This document shows, piece after piece, positions 1 through 13,487 of a DNA stretch of 64,000 bases. Position 1 is the stretch's first letter; every line of letters starts with the position of its first letter. This DNA is from Octopus vulgaris (lineage: Eukaryota): the NCBI GenBank assembly GCA_951406725.2, contig OX597821.1:35526001-35590000 (forward strand), given 5' to 3'. The notes below the pieces were generated by a model. It did not search any database and was not told the DNA's origin. It worked only from the letters and a program-made list of their open reading frames with translations. The translations under genes and the position numbers were made by a program.

Positions 1-569
1 CCTTGTTTCGTGGTCTGCTACCACAACAACTCCTGTATAGGATCCAGTTAGCTCAAGACATCATCAGGAGGAACCACATCCGGTTTCGGCCCCTAATCCT
101 CTACCGTTGTGACGTGGCGGGGCCTCATCTTCCGGAGGTGTCTTCAGCTCTGGTGTAGGGTGCATGTCTTATTTCTTCTGTTCCCTGGCCTCTTCGATGT
201 ATCGTCAGCGAGTGTCAACCGGTGACTGACTGACACGTCAAATTTTTCCCTTTAAATACCTACCGCAAGGCTCCAGCAAGCAGCCCCAGCAAGTTGTCAC
301 GTGACACTGTCTCATCTTAACTGACTAGTTAAGGCGCGTAGTCCTTTATTAGCATTTTGTCTCAAACAACAGCCATCAGTAACTATCTATTCCTAAAGAC
401 CTGAGAATTTGGAAAATTGCACACAACGGCTCACATAATAATGTATGCTAGATAATCAGGAAATCGATTATCCTCTTTCATGGCAGCAAGTGGATGAGTG
501 GATATTTTAGATCTGACTTTGATGTAAGAACGGCTGTCGGAAATTCCGTGGACTAGTTAAAACTATTTG

Positions 570-780
570 GAATAGTCGTCGCCATGATAGATCGTTAGCC
601 ACTACATACATTTTTTCTCTCCTTGTTTCTCTCCTTGTTTTTTTCTGTCCCTTTGTGTAGAAGAGCGCAGGCTCGAAACGTAACGGACTTTTCTATTCCT
701 GAGCGTTATACTAATAAATCTGTTTATTTTGTACACCACCTGTCTTCGTCTTTTGGTTTTTTTCGTAAACTCTCCCTATT
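570..780 (+). mobile_element. Short repeat element with a degenerate hammerhead-like motif at 647-688
   Basis: GUCC..GUGUAGAA-GAGC gcag GCUC-GAAA-CG-UA..GGAC. Stem II, GAAA, a palindromic ACGU and GUA are present, but the CUGANGA box is altered. Confidence 0.4.
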
Positions 781-2105
781 TGTAATATACAGTTCACACT
801 TAATTCACAATAAGTTCCCTTTAGTTAGAGGAAAAATTTATATAGAGACGATTAATTACCAAGAAAAGAAAAGGGCAACAGGCATATAAACTAAGTGAGG
901 ACAATATAAATGCTCCCCATAACGAAGTTAGCCTGTGATAGGTAGAAATCTCAAATGTTTAATTCATTGGATGTAATATTCAACTTTAGCAAAAGTTCTT
1001 CATCGTACATAAAATTAAATGAGTTATCCCAAAACACCTTCACATGATTTTTAGAAATCTTGAAATGTTACAAACCATTAAAAAAAATAATTCTCGACAG
1101 TCCGTATGGCGAAGCATCATTGTGCAGAATGATTAATATACGCTAAAACTTTGGTTCCAAAGAAACTATCAAATATTATAGGCACACACGAAACCTACTT
1201 ACAAACGAGAAGAAGGACCGCATGGAGTAATCCTCTATATTGCATGTCTAAACAGTGATAAGCGAAATAGGATTTCGTCTTTTATGAATCCATCGTGGCT
1301 AAAGAAATGATAAAAAATTTAATGTATAACATACCGTAATGTTTATGAAAATGTTGAAAACCAACGTGCAGACCATGTTAGTATTCTTTATTTATAAACT
1401 GAAGTATAATTTAAACCACCAAAAAGATACAAGATTTTTAGCAGCTATCTGTATTTAGGGAAAAATTGTATTGTACCTCTTGTAAAATTAGTTACTCTTA
1501 GATAAAATCCCAAGTTATATACAAGTAAAAGCACTCTACAACCATCACAATCTCGAAAGCCTATCGATTAGGAAATATCAAAACAATATTGAATACGCTT
1601 ACAGAATTGATCTATTCATATCGTCGCATACGTTGGTACCTCTTAGAAATCATCACAATATATAAATAAGAGTAAAAATGAGACCCAAATAATGGATTTC
1701 TTTACAGTTAAGTGAACTCTCGTTTACAGGAATCCTGTGAGCCTTGCCAAATAACTTAATGTTCAATAATTTAATAAAATATGATCTCCGATATGCTTTT
1801 AAGATATGACTAAGGCCAAAAAAGAAAAAAAAATCGCATCCTCCTTTTTTAATAGATTCACATAGCAACAACCGCCACGTTATCACAGATGTGAAAAGGC
1901 ATAAAAGCATATCCATAACAATGGGTTCACAGAAATACATCTGCAGATAAGCACAATAACCCCCCCCACACACACACACACAGAGTATACATAGACACAC
2001 ACAAATTATACAAGAACACAAACATCGAACGGTAGAAACGAATACACTAAAGATGCGCGTATAGACACAGTAAATATTTCATCAGAACACACACATGCAC
2101 AAACG

Positions 2106-2162
<57 letters not shown>

Positions 2163-2929
2163 ACACACGCAAACAGATATTTTGCATACCTCGGAATAAG
2201 ACAATAATATAAGGCTTATGAAAAGGCATGCCCTAAAACACAAACACCAAAACAAGATTCATTTCCTTCCATCCATTTTAAAAATATGAAGTCACAATAA
2301 AATGGTTTTTCTCTAATATTGTTATAATTAAAACCACTTGTAATATTACAGGAGGGTATCTGACGATGAAAATGCTGATAATGATAATTGAAAACAATAA
2401 AGATAATACTGGTGGTCTCGTTGCTGATGCTGCAACTGCTGCTGCTGTTGCTACTACTGCTGTTTCTGCTGAAAACCTTTTAGTTGCTGGTTGCTCTTGG
2501 GATATTATTTCATTACCGCACGTCCTGTAACTATCTTTCCCAGGTAATTTTCAGAGTAAAAGCAGCAGAGCGCAGCCTAGTCATCGTGTTCCAATATGCG
2601 TTTTCTCATTCTTAATATAACCTCCAGCGATATAATCAATAACTTTTATCCTGAGAGAGGGTGATTAGATACCTAGCTGGGGCCTAATGGCTAGATATGC
2701 AAACAAACGATTACAAGTTCAAAGGTTTCGATTTTAAGAATGCGAGGGTCGTTGTACTTTTGAGAAAGACAGTTGATTTCGCGATATTCCAGCTTAATGA
2801 GTTGAAATGACAACCAATCGCGTGTTGACGCAGATCTCACTCCCTACGTCAGTTTCCTCATCGCTGTTCTATGGTGTATACTTCCTAGTTGTATTCGATA
2901 TAGATATATATACATATCTATCTGTCCAT

Positions 2930-3023
<94 letters not shown>

Positions 3024-3084
3024 GTATCTATCTATCTATCTATCTATCTAGCTAGCTATCTATCTTAAAATGTCAAGCAAATTT

Positions 3085-4050
3085 ATTTTAATATGAGGTA
3101 GGACCGCCTCTGACAGTAATTACAATATGAATTCTACGAGATATGGTCTCGTACAAAGTTTGAATTGTTTCCAAAGGAATTTTTTGTCCATTCTTCAGCT
3201 AAAACAGTCTCCAGTTCTTGTAGTGATGATGGTGGAGGATATCGACTCATTATTGGTTTTCTAAAATACTCCATAAATGTTCAATAACACTGAGATCTTG
3301 GGACTGTAGCGGCCAGATAAGATGTTCAACTTCACTAGAATGTTCCTCGTGCTATTCAGTAACAACTTTAGCTGTGTGAAGTGGTGCATTATCATCTTGA
3401 AGATTGCATTTGCCTCTGGAAACAGTTTCACAACTATATAATGAGTTTGATCAGATAAAATACTTTAACAGTCTTGACTGTTAATTCTGCCATGGAGGGA
3501 AACCATTGGACAGGCGGATTTCCAAGATATAGCCCCCCCAGATCACCACAGATCCTTCTTCGTGTTTAACAGTTGGAAGAAAGCAGTCTGGGTCAAATGC
3601 TTCTTTTGGCTGTCTTCACACGTATATTCGGCTGGTGGTCGGAAATATGGTAAAGGATGACATGTCCGAGAAAATAACAATCTTCCACTGCTCTAGGGAC
3701 CGATTGTATAGTTTTTTACTGCACTCTAAATGCTTTCCAACGTTTGTTTTTGAAAGTATTAACTGTCCGGCGAACAGTTTTTGTGGAAACTGGGTTCTCG
3801 AGGTGGTCATTAACATCTGTAGTAATTTTCGAAGCTGTACTTTTGTGATCTTTTCTAATAATTCGCGTAAGAATTCGACGGTCCCTATCTGAAGTTTTGG
3901 TTTTCTTCCGGAGTATTGTTTCAACGTGCAAGATTTTCCCTCTCTCTCAAAGGCTGTCACTGCGTTCGAGACAGTACTTCTTGACACACCAAACATTTCG
4001 GCTGTTTTCGTTACGCTAGCGCCTACCATACGAGCCCCAACAATTTGTTG
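3085..4050 (-). pseudogene. Tc1-like (DD34E-type) transposase pseudogene
   Basis: ORF pieces give an HTH region (GASVTKTAEMFGVSRSTVS), GRKPKL-SDRDRR, VSTKTVRR and WKIVIFSDMS. By-eye translation adds PTVKH, DDNAPLHTA and WPLQSQDLSVIEHLW. Multiple stops and frameshifts. Confidence 0.9.
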
Positions 4051-4606
4051 AAGTCCACTTTATTATACCAGATAAGAAGATAAAGTTGAAGGAGCAGATC
4101 AGAATTGCAAACGTTTATATGATCCGTAAATGTTAAACATAAAACAAACACTTATCAACTTGGCGGTTTTTAATGTCTGCATTCACTCCAATTCGTATTA
4201 AAATATCGGTCACATCCGCTTCGAATTTGGTTGTCAGAAATGCTTCGTACCAAAGGATAACAATCTAATTAGAGAAACTTGGCATTTCTTTCTTGTACTA
4301 CTATAGTATTTATAGTACAAATATTTACCTCTCGGTAGATTAATTAGGTTTGTTCATTGTTTTTATTTTGCTTAATATTTCTTCTCTACATTTCATTCTC
4401 TCGATCAATGGAAACCGGGAATATCTCAACACATTAATTTAATCAGCTTATTCAAGACTAGCTAGCAATATAGTATAGAATTTAATATTTCAGCTTGTCG
4501 ATTACATGCGAAGATTTTAATTTCAGTCTAGACAAAGTATTTCTAAAAATTAAAATGTATCAACTAGATTATTGCTTGAACATAATAGTTATATTCAAAG
4601 TCGCTA

Positions 4607-4925
4607 AGCTCAGCTTCCACCACAGCCTCAACATAGCTGCAGAACTGGGCGCGTGCGTTCCTCACTGTGTCCGTGCGAAAATCTTTGAACACTTCCTTGA
4701 TCTTTGCCAACAGAGCGGCCTTGGTGCTGCAGGTAGAGCAGTTGACATGTTATTAAAATAAAGGGGATTAAGAGGCCAAACATTGAGGTTGGTGAAATCG
4801 TGGAAATTCTTCGGAAACCTAATCTGACTTTCTCCGGAAATATACCAAGGAACCGAATACTGCTACCACACGAATATAGCCTGCCATAAACAACGCTCTC
4901 CAGTCAGCGATTAACCATAATCTGT
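4607..4925 (-). pseudogene. C-terminal remnant of a second Tc1/mariner-superfamily transposase
   Basis: Minus-strand translation NFHDFTNLNVWP..LNPLYF and CSTKAALLAKIKEVFKDFRTDTVRNARAQFCSYVEAVVEAE resembles the WPPxSPDLNPLD...RxEAVVEAEG transposase tail. Confidence 0.65.
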
Positions 4926-6552
4926 AGCAGTTCCACGTAGCCATCTGAACTGAGCCTATGACTCTGATGAATTCCGGCGTGCGAACGCAATCAGTCGGCA
5001 GTTGTATCCTTTCCTGCTGGCTACTGCTTCGTAGTTTCCGCTGTATGAGTCAAGATCTCGTCTTGCAGCGTTTACAGAGTTCACAGAGCAATGTGCAGCA
5101 GCCATTCAGTCAGCCTTTTGACACAAGCATTTAGATAGCTCCCTGTCCCCCGTGTCAGCAAACATTTTCCCAGCTAGAACTTTAATCATTATGTTCCCCA
5201 GAACCGTTGACTGTTCAACAGTACATTATGCTGATCCTGAAGAGAGAGACATGGAAAATCGTTAATTTATCCTATACACTTTGTAATTGAAGTAGAAATT
5301 TTGTTTACTCTATGCTCGGTTAAAATCATTTGCTTAAAAACGTTTCTAGCTAACTTATTAGATTTAGAAAAAATCCAACATACTATCGATACATCAGCTG
5401 TTTAGCATTCAGTGTAGTACGATATACAGATGACTCTCATACTAACTACATATTTTTCTAAGCTACTCAAACCATGATCTCTTTAGTCAGCGTATCTATC
5501 GACTGTGTCACCATCATCCTATAATAACCTCTCACCCTGTCCACTTCACTCTCGGAGATTTTGTCTCATATTTCACACCTCACTCAATTCTGATTCAACC
5601 CCTTATTTTCTACCCTTTTCCTTTACGACACTTCCTTCTCTAATGTAAAACTAAATTCTCACTTTCACTAGACACAGTTGCATATAATTTGTAGAAATAT
5701 CATAGTCTGAAACATTAACTTTTATTTCTGTTGCAATCCTCTCAGCAACCGAACTTAACCAAACATTCTCCAGAATGTACTGTAAATAGAAGACTGGTGG
5801 CAATGATAATGGAAGCAAAGTGCCGTAATAGCATAATTTTGTGTTTTATTTTATCTCACATTTAAAAAAAATATTAACGTAACATCAGAGCCGGCAGTGC
5901 CCTTTCATCTCATCTGTAGAAACAATATCTGTAATACGATGGGGAAGATTTCATAAAAAGTACCGATCTTCTAAACAATATCATGTACCTAAGGAAGAAT
6001 CAATAACCTATAATACCAGAAAATGCAATGTTTCTCTATCCTAACGCAAAATAAAATGTAAAATGTTGAATGTATATATTTCTTGTGTTATTTCAAGCAA
6101 GATAAGTTGATTCAGTAATTTCTTTCAATCTCTAGTCGATTCAGTAATCGAATTGCATAAATCACAGGGAAATATAATCACTGGAACGGTAAAGAAAAAA
6201 AAACTAATAAATATTTATTCCTTTGAAAGTGTAGTCATGGTTAAAATTGTCGTTTTTAACTACGAGAATGTTGAAAAATGTTTTACACTATTGATTGGAA
6301 AGGAAATCAAGTAAAAATGACATCAGCAGAATCTGGGATTTTGCTTATGTTGTTAATCTACTAAAAATAATGTACAAATAAACAAAGAAACATTCATATA
6401 AGCTTTTCGAATTCTTTCATAAACAAAATAATAGTCTTGTGCAACACTTAGTAGTTTATAGGGAGGAATGATTCGATGCAAAATGTAGAGAGTTCTAGCA
6501 AGCGAACTTCCAAAAATTTATGTTTCTTACAAATATATACATACATACTACA

Positions 6553-6852
6553 ACAAAAATGGGGTTTAAATATTTCTCTAGGTTTTCGGTAGAATTTTAT
6601 TATCGCATACCAAAATTACATCATAGCATGAATCCACCATCCTCAGGCAAAATTTCAAACATTTATAAACGGGTGAGGTAAAAACTAGGAAATGACCAAC
6701 TAGGCATCTTCTAAATTTTACCATACCTGTTTATACGTATTTACTATTTTATTTGAGGACGGTGGAGGTATGTTATGATGAAATCTAAAAATACATTTAA
6801 AAAAACATTGCATCCAAAACAGGTGTAGTAAAATATGAAGCCCATCTTTTAC
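6553..6852. mobile_element. Degenerate 300-bp palindromic (fold-back / MITE-like) element
   Basis: CATCATAGCATGAATCCACCATCCTCA is inverted relative to TGAGGACGGTGGAGGTATGTTATGATG, and TATAAACGGGTGAGGTAAAA relative to TTTTACCATACCTGTTTATA. Centre is near 6698. Confidence 0.6.
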
Positions 6853-6909
6853 ATATGCGCCACGCCTAGAACCAGCACTGAGTAAGATTAACTATTCATG
6901 TTGAATTTG

Positions 6910-7055
6910 CTAGTAAGAACCTTGTTTCCCAACCAAATCGTTTCAGGTTCAGTCCTACTGCGTGGCACTTTGAGCATGTTTCTTATGTTATAGCCTCGGG
7001 GCGATTAAAGCCTTCTAAGTGCATTCGGAAGACGGAAACTGAAAGAAGCCCGTCG

Positions 7056-7090
<35 letters not shown>

Positions 7091-7300
7091 ATGTGTGTCT
7101 ATGTTTTTCCCTCACCATTGCTTGAAAACCGATGTTGGCGTGTTTACGCCCCCGTAACTTAGCGATTCGGCAAAAGAGATCGATAGAATAAGTACTATTC
7201 TTACAAAGAATAAATCCTGGGGTAGATTTCCTCGAATAAAACCCTTTAATCTAGTGCTCCACAATGGCCACAGTCAAATGACTGAAACAAATACAAGAAT
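6910..7300 (+). mobile_element. tRNA-derived SINE, family A (internal TA/TG microsatellite)
   Basis: B-box-like GGTTCAGTCC, then GACGGAAACTGAAAGAAGCCCGTCG and tail CAGTCAAATGACTGAAACAA. Homologous to 38764-39175 and 44746-45150. Confidence 0.85.
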
Positions 7301-7350
7301 AAAAATAATACAAACACACACACACAAACATACGCACACGCACACACATC

Positions 7351-7395
<45 letters not shown>

Positions 7396-7399
<4 letters not shown>

Positions 7400-8195
7400 T
7401 AAGCAATAAAGGGTTTAGCAACGAATTGCCTTACCACAGACCGAATTTAGAAATAGCAGTCAAAGAGTTATAGCTATTTCTTCTACTAAAAAGGGAGATC
7501 TCAGTAAAAAACACAGCAATTGGAAGGCAGACACAAACAGGTAAGAGAGAATGAATTGACGGCAATCTATCATACAATTTTAAGTTATCTACGGACGCAC
7601 GTTTCGAAATCAAGTTTTTAGGAAAGCATAAGAATTAAATATTAAATAATTCTACGTTACCCAAACTTCTTTTCTCTTCAGCGTAGAATACTATAATCAT
7701 AAATGATTATATATTGAATTTTGAGATACTAGAAGGCACCAACTCAACTCAGTATCAGAGCGAGCTAGAATCCGCAACTAGTATCACCAAATTCAAAGTG
7801 TGAATGAAAGGATTGTGTCACCAGCCCCTTCCCACCCGCGTGTAGCCAAAACAAGATGCTATGGTCATCTACTGAGATAAAATATGGTTATCCGTGATAA
7901 TGAAGGGTGAAATGAATTAATTTGGAATAATTATCAATTACACCAAGTAGTCTTCGGCATGTAAAAGCCTCATTCGAGGAAAATTTAAGTAATACTAAGC
8001 AATAAAGGGTTTAGCAACAAATTGCCTTACCACAGACCGAATTTAGAAATAGCAGTCAAAGAGTTATAGCTATTTCTTCTACTAAAAAGGGAGATCTCAG
8101 TAAAAAACACAGCAATTGGAAGGCAGACACAAACAGGTAAGAGAGAATGAATTGACGGCAATCTATCATACAATTTTAAGTTATCTACGGACGCA
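7396..8195 (-). mobile_element. Non-autonomous hammerhead-bearing retroelement (retrozyme / Penelope-like pseudo-LTR type)
   Basis: 204-bp direct repeats at 7396-7599 and 7992-8195 (one mismatch seen), period 596 bp. It contains the hammerhead, has no meaningful ORF, and its 3' end abuts (TA)n. Confidence 0.75.
7588..7687 (-). ncRNA. Type I hammerhead ribozyme, intact core, long stem II, minimal stem III
   Basis: Minus strand reads UCUACG-CUGAAGA-GAAAAGAAGUUU...AAACUUGAUUUC-GAAA-CGUGC-GUC/CGUAGA. This gives a 6-bp stem I, the CUGANGA and GAAA boxes, a G-C closed stem II of about 69 nt, and a GUC triplet. Predicted cleavage is between 7594 and 7593. Confidence 0.85.
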
Positions 8196-9065
8196 AGTTA
8201 TCTATTGTTCGCGTTGTCTATTGTTGGGATAGATTTCTAAATAAATACATTTCAGACGTAATTGTTTTATCTTACATTATGTAAGGTAACGAAAGCTTTC
8301 TTCATTTCTGAAAACTCTGCGCTGGGATTCCTGAGTGATAACTCAGCTATTTCTATCATGTCTAGCGACGACATAAAGGTTCCAGGGTATATCTTTGCAT
8401 GTCAAAGGAAGATATTATAACAATGCACTTCTAGTTTTGTGTACATCAGAATTTAACAAATTTACCTTCGATTTGTACGAAATTATGTCGGTGTATGTGC
8501 AGTTTCCATACTCACTAGTGAATAATTTTGTTAACTCTTCTCAAATGTTCAAGTTAATATATTCGATGATGTAATACGTTTCAATGATAAAAGTTTATGA
8601 AATTTAGTTTTCCGTTTATTATCGAACCAAAACCTGCAAAATCTTTTATTTATGAATGAATACAATATGACTTTCTTTGAATAAATAACGTCAAAATGTC
8701 TGTATATGTATACGGATACAAACATATGCACGAGAAACCAGGATAGCTTTTCAAAGTTAAATCTAACTTATTTTTACATGCATATGTCTTCTGTACATAA
8801 ACCAGTATTTGAATATTTATATATAGATGCACAAAAGTTAGAATACAGGAAACAGATATAACAAACATAAATAATAACTATGGTTATATATTCTATTGTT
8901 TTTTTTTAAATCTTTTGTGTAGCAAAGAGTAATACATTACTCTTTGCTACACTTTGTTTCTCTAAATATCTCTTTCTATACAATGGACATATGTAGATTC
9001 GTTTTCATCCCACCCACCACAGACATACGCACACACATACATACATATATGCGCATGTATACATT

Positions 9066-9104
<39 letters not shown>

Positions 9105-9170
9105 GATAACCCTACATGCACATACTCACTCACATTTTCGCTGTGTTTCCTTCATATATACAAACATGCA

Positions 9171-9234
<64 letters not shown>

Positions 9235-9968
9235 TCGTAGACGACGTTGGTGGATTTTTGTATACGAGTATTTCAGTTTCTTTCTGAGTTGTGTCTCCAT
9301 ATTGTTGGCATTAATGACTGAGGAGGCCGATCAACGCGTAAAATAGGCAGGAACAATGTCGGTAGTGATCTCTTTTACTTTTCACTTCAGTTCATTTCCG
9401 GTAGTGATGGGGGTGACTCCAGTTTGCACGGTTTTGGTTTTTAGTTTCCTACGTTTTTGTATGAATCCCGCCCATATTACAGATTGATATTTAGCTGGTC
9501 ATTGTATCAACAGAAAGATTGTCTTTGTGGTTTTGTACCCGGGCGTAAATCAGTACAGTGTATTTGACTACGAAATTTCTTAATTTTTAATCTAGCCACG
9601 TCTCCTGACCACCACATCCACTATTCGCTCATGGCTAATTCTATAATTCAATTCTGTTGGCTTTTTCTTGAACACCATTAATAGGTAATACTTACTCCTT
9701 CCTTTTTATATTTAAAGTGGTGCAGAACTTTTGCGGATGGAAATTCTCTAGCCTTTTGGCGCCCTGGCAATAAAGATTCTATGTTTCCTCACGGATATAT
9801 TTAAACAATGATAGCTTGATGGACCAGCTTGTTCGACTATAGTGTTAGATTATTTCTTTATTAAGACTCGTTTTGACTGTTTTGCAAATGTTGAATGAGT
9901 TGATCCATATCGTTTTCCCCAAGTACGTTTATTTGACTGTATGCATTTGCGTCTTCCCCCAGCATCCC

Positions 9969-10013
<45 letters not shown>

Positions 10014-11572
10014 AAAGGCATGTATGTATATGTATGTTTGTATATATTTCGCCATACTCTCCAAAATCTTTATTTCACAACGTCGCTAGCGTGACTCTCG
10101 TATGAAATAGAAAAAGAAAAGAAATTATGCATCAATACAAATCATTGTGAGAAACATTCATACTCGTTTAATTGCTATATCAATCAACTGTTCTTACATC
10201 TTCTAATTGAGATAGTAAACTTAATTACATCTCTATATTTTCTTAGCTACACGAGTATGCTTTTCATATAATCAGAAACTGAATCATACAAAATATGCGC
10301 TAATTATACCCCAACGAAACCAAGCAATCTCATATACAAATACTACCTCCATTTCAACATATCTGAAAGCTCGACGATTTCCGATTATAGAAATCTCTAT
10401 CTCTCTCTCTATCTATCTCTCACACACTTTCTCTCTCTTTCTCACTCTCTCTCTCTCCCTCTCTCTCACACACACACACACACACACAAACACACTTTCT
10501 CTATCTTTGACTCATTCTCTTCGTCTCTCGATTTTCCTCATTTCCCCCTGCATTCTTACTCTACACTTATGTGGCATTTCACAGGTTAAGCCTATTACAG
10601 TGGTTTTCTCACGATCATTTTCTAGACTTTTCAATCCAATAATAGCTCGGTTATTTATACAGTTCTCCAATATATTTTCAGTCAACTTAAGTATCCAGAT
10701 TTTCAGAAATCTACCAATACAATGGATTGATTTCTTTGACATCATATGATCAACAGAGAACCACTGGCGTAATGCATTTGCAAGGCAAATAATTAAATTA
10801 GCTCCAATGCTTTCGCTAAATGATTTATATTTAAAGGTATATAGACTCGTTCATGATTGTGTAATATCACAAGATGTCGAAACCTTGTTCCGCTGTGATA
10901 ATTTAATAGATAAATAATATATTGCGCTCAAATAATTTTGATCCACGGTCAACTATATTGACAATTACATATTCGGGTCTTCCCTGAGATAACAAGCAAC
11001 AGTTTCCATGGTTCTATTACGTTAAAATAAGACAAATCCCTCGTTGTATCAAAGTGACTAGCAGCATACGGAATGTACTAATCAAACACTAAATTTCCTG
11101 GATGTATTTTTCTCTGTAATCTCATTATTCATAATCCTTCTTTGCGTTATCATTTTCCCGCTTTTTATCTCTCCCTCTCGTGTTGTTTCTCTTTAGCCTT
11201 AGTAAGCTAAGACTCATTAGAGGATTGCATCTGCTTTGTTGAATGTTTGTCTTTGTGAAGATTAGCCGGCAAAGGTCAGTAAATGCTAATGAGTTGATAT
11301 ATGGCTGGCATCTCTATCTCGAAGCTACTGCAGGCATAAGCTGTACATATGAAGTGATTGGCTTAGAAATAATATATTTGCTGAGTTAAATAATGGTGTC
11401 AAGTTCTTGTGACATCATTCAAACACAAGAGTATTACAAAGAAGAAGTTAAACCCGCGGTAAGGGGACAAAATCAATAGTTTAATGAATATTTATCCTGA
11501 AGGCTAGGGAGAAAAATAAGATATGTTAATGATTTAAAATTAAAATGTGAGTATATATATATATGAATACGT

Positions 11573-11856
11573 GGAGGCACATGGCCTAGTGGTTAGAGCA
11601 GCGGACTCGCGATCGAGGGATCGCGGGTTCGAATCTCAGATGTATGTGTTTATGAGCGAAACACCTAAGCTCCACGCGGCTCCGGCAGAAGGTAATGGCG
11701 AACTTCTGTTGACTCTTTCGCCACACTATTCCTCATGCATCTTGCAGCTCACCTCCAACGGACCGGCGTCCTGTCCATGTGGGGAACATATACGCCAAGG
11801 AAACCGGGAAACCGGCCCTATGAACCAGACATGACTTGAGAAGGAACAAACAACAA
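11573..11856 (+). mobile_element. tRNA-derived SINE, family B variant
   Basis: A box TGGCCTAGTGG and B box GGTTCGAATC. The head and GAGCGAAACACCTAA body are shared with 25063 and 42962, but the 3' part differs. Confidence 0.8.
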
Positions 11857-12094
11857 TATATGAATACAGTGACATCTATGAACATGTAATACTAAGCCTA
11901 CATGGAGGAGTATAGTTTTCACTTGAAGTAACTGTGGCATAAACAGATTTTAAGTTGGATAATAATGTAGGGGCTCACATCAGGTGCTTCATTTTCCCTT
12001 CAAATCCATCATTAAATTTAAGTATCAACCAGAATGTTCTTGTAGTACCCCTCGAAATTTCTTGTATGAAATTTTTTGGTGTGAAGATGTCTTT

Positions 12095-12240
12095 AGGTTC
12101 TGAGTTCAAATACTGCCAGGGTCATCTTTGCCTTTCATTCTTTCGGGGTCGATAAAATAAGCACTAGCTGGGCACTAGGGTCGATGTAATCGAAATTCCC
12201 CTCCACAGAAATTGCCGGCCCTGTGCCGAAATTTGAAACC
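12095..12240 (+). mobile_element. SINE fragment, family C
   Basis: GAGTTCAAAT..CTTTGCCTTTCATTCTTTCGGGGTCGATAAAATAAG..GGGGTCGATGTAATCGA. Inverse copies at about 41000 and about 57500. Confidence 0.7.
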
Positions 12241-13431
12241 GTAGTTCAGGCAATAAGCTAGAAAGATTGTCAGGGTATAGAAAAAAACTGCTTTGCATAA
12301 TTTGTTCCGTCACTTTATTTTCTTAGTTTAAATCCTGTTGTAATAACTTTCACCTTCATCAAAGGAATACAAAAAAAAATGTCTCTTAAGAACTGTGGTT
12401 AGCATCATCGACTTACTCAAATTTGTAGGCCTTCAGCTTTTATTGGAAACACATATTATTCTTGTTTTTGTTTTCTCATTTGCATTTTAATGACATTCTT
12501 TATAAAATGCACATCCGATTAATCTCTGATCAACCATCATCTATTTTAGCTAATGTTGATCTTTGAAATCTAATGAGTTGTCTATCTATTCAGCTTTGCC
12601 AATATATGCCCAGATAAAACATTAGCAATCGACAGAATTGTTAATTTGCTACAAAGTGTCAGATTGACGCCTCTTAGTCACTACTAAACAAGACACACCC
12701 AACTAAAGTGCTTTACACTAAAGAGATCTCTTAATTACTTTGTTTCCTTTTTATTCTATTCTTTGTAAGTATTCCTTTTTACTTTGCATCTTTTTTATTA
12801 ATATTCTTCTATAAACACCATCCTACTCTATCTAGCCTTACGGACATTCTAGCACTCTTCTCGTTTGTATACAAAAAAATATAATTATTTGCTTTATTTA
12901 GATATTTATTCCTGCACTTATATTACTTACTATGTAATATTTTTTTCTCTTAAAGCATCATCACTTTTAATTATTGTGGAATATATTCGTTCCTATTGTT
13001 AGTTTATTTATAATAAAGACCGATTCAGCATACACATGGCATCTATATCGTAGAAGTGAAATGAGAGTAAAGTATCTCTACACAATCAAGTATGTTTAAT
13101 CTCTGCCATTATGATAGGCGCACTATTCTTTCACACACACACACATACACACACACACACTCTCTCTCTCTCTCTCTCTCTCTCACCCTCGCTGTTTCGC
13201 TGTATAATAATGTATGATTTGATACATGCAAGCATACATATGAGTGTGTATGCGTGTGTGCTTGTGCATGTATGTTTCTCTGTGTGTCTGTGTGTGTACA
13301 TATAATATAAATATACACACACATGTGTATCTAAATTATATTCATATGCGCACATATACATATATCCATATATCTATATGTCCATAAATATATGTGTATA
13401 TGTGTGTGTATATATATATATACATATATAT

Positions 13432-13487
<56 letters not shown>

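Noticed and set aside
4960-4996. GACU-CUGAUGA..GAAC..UC-AGUC hammerhead-like string
   Set aside because: No stem II pairing, GAAC instead of GAAA and no stem III. Probably chance within a degraded repeat.
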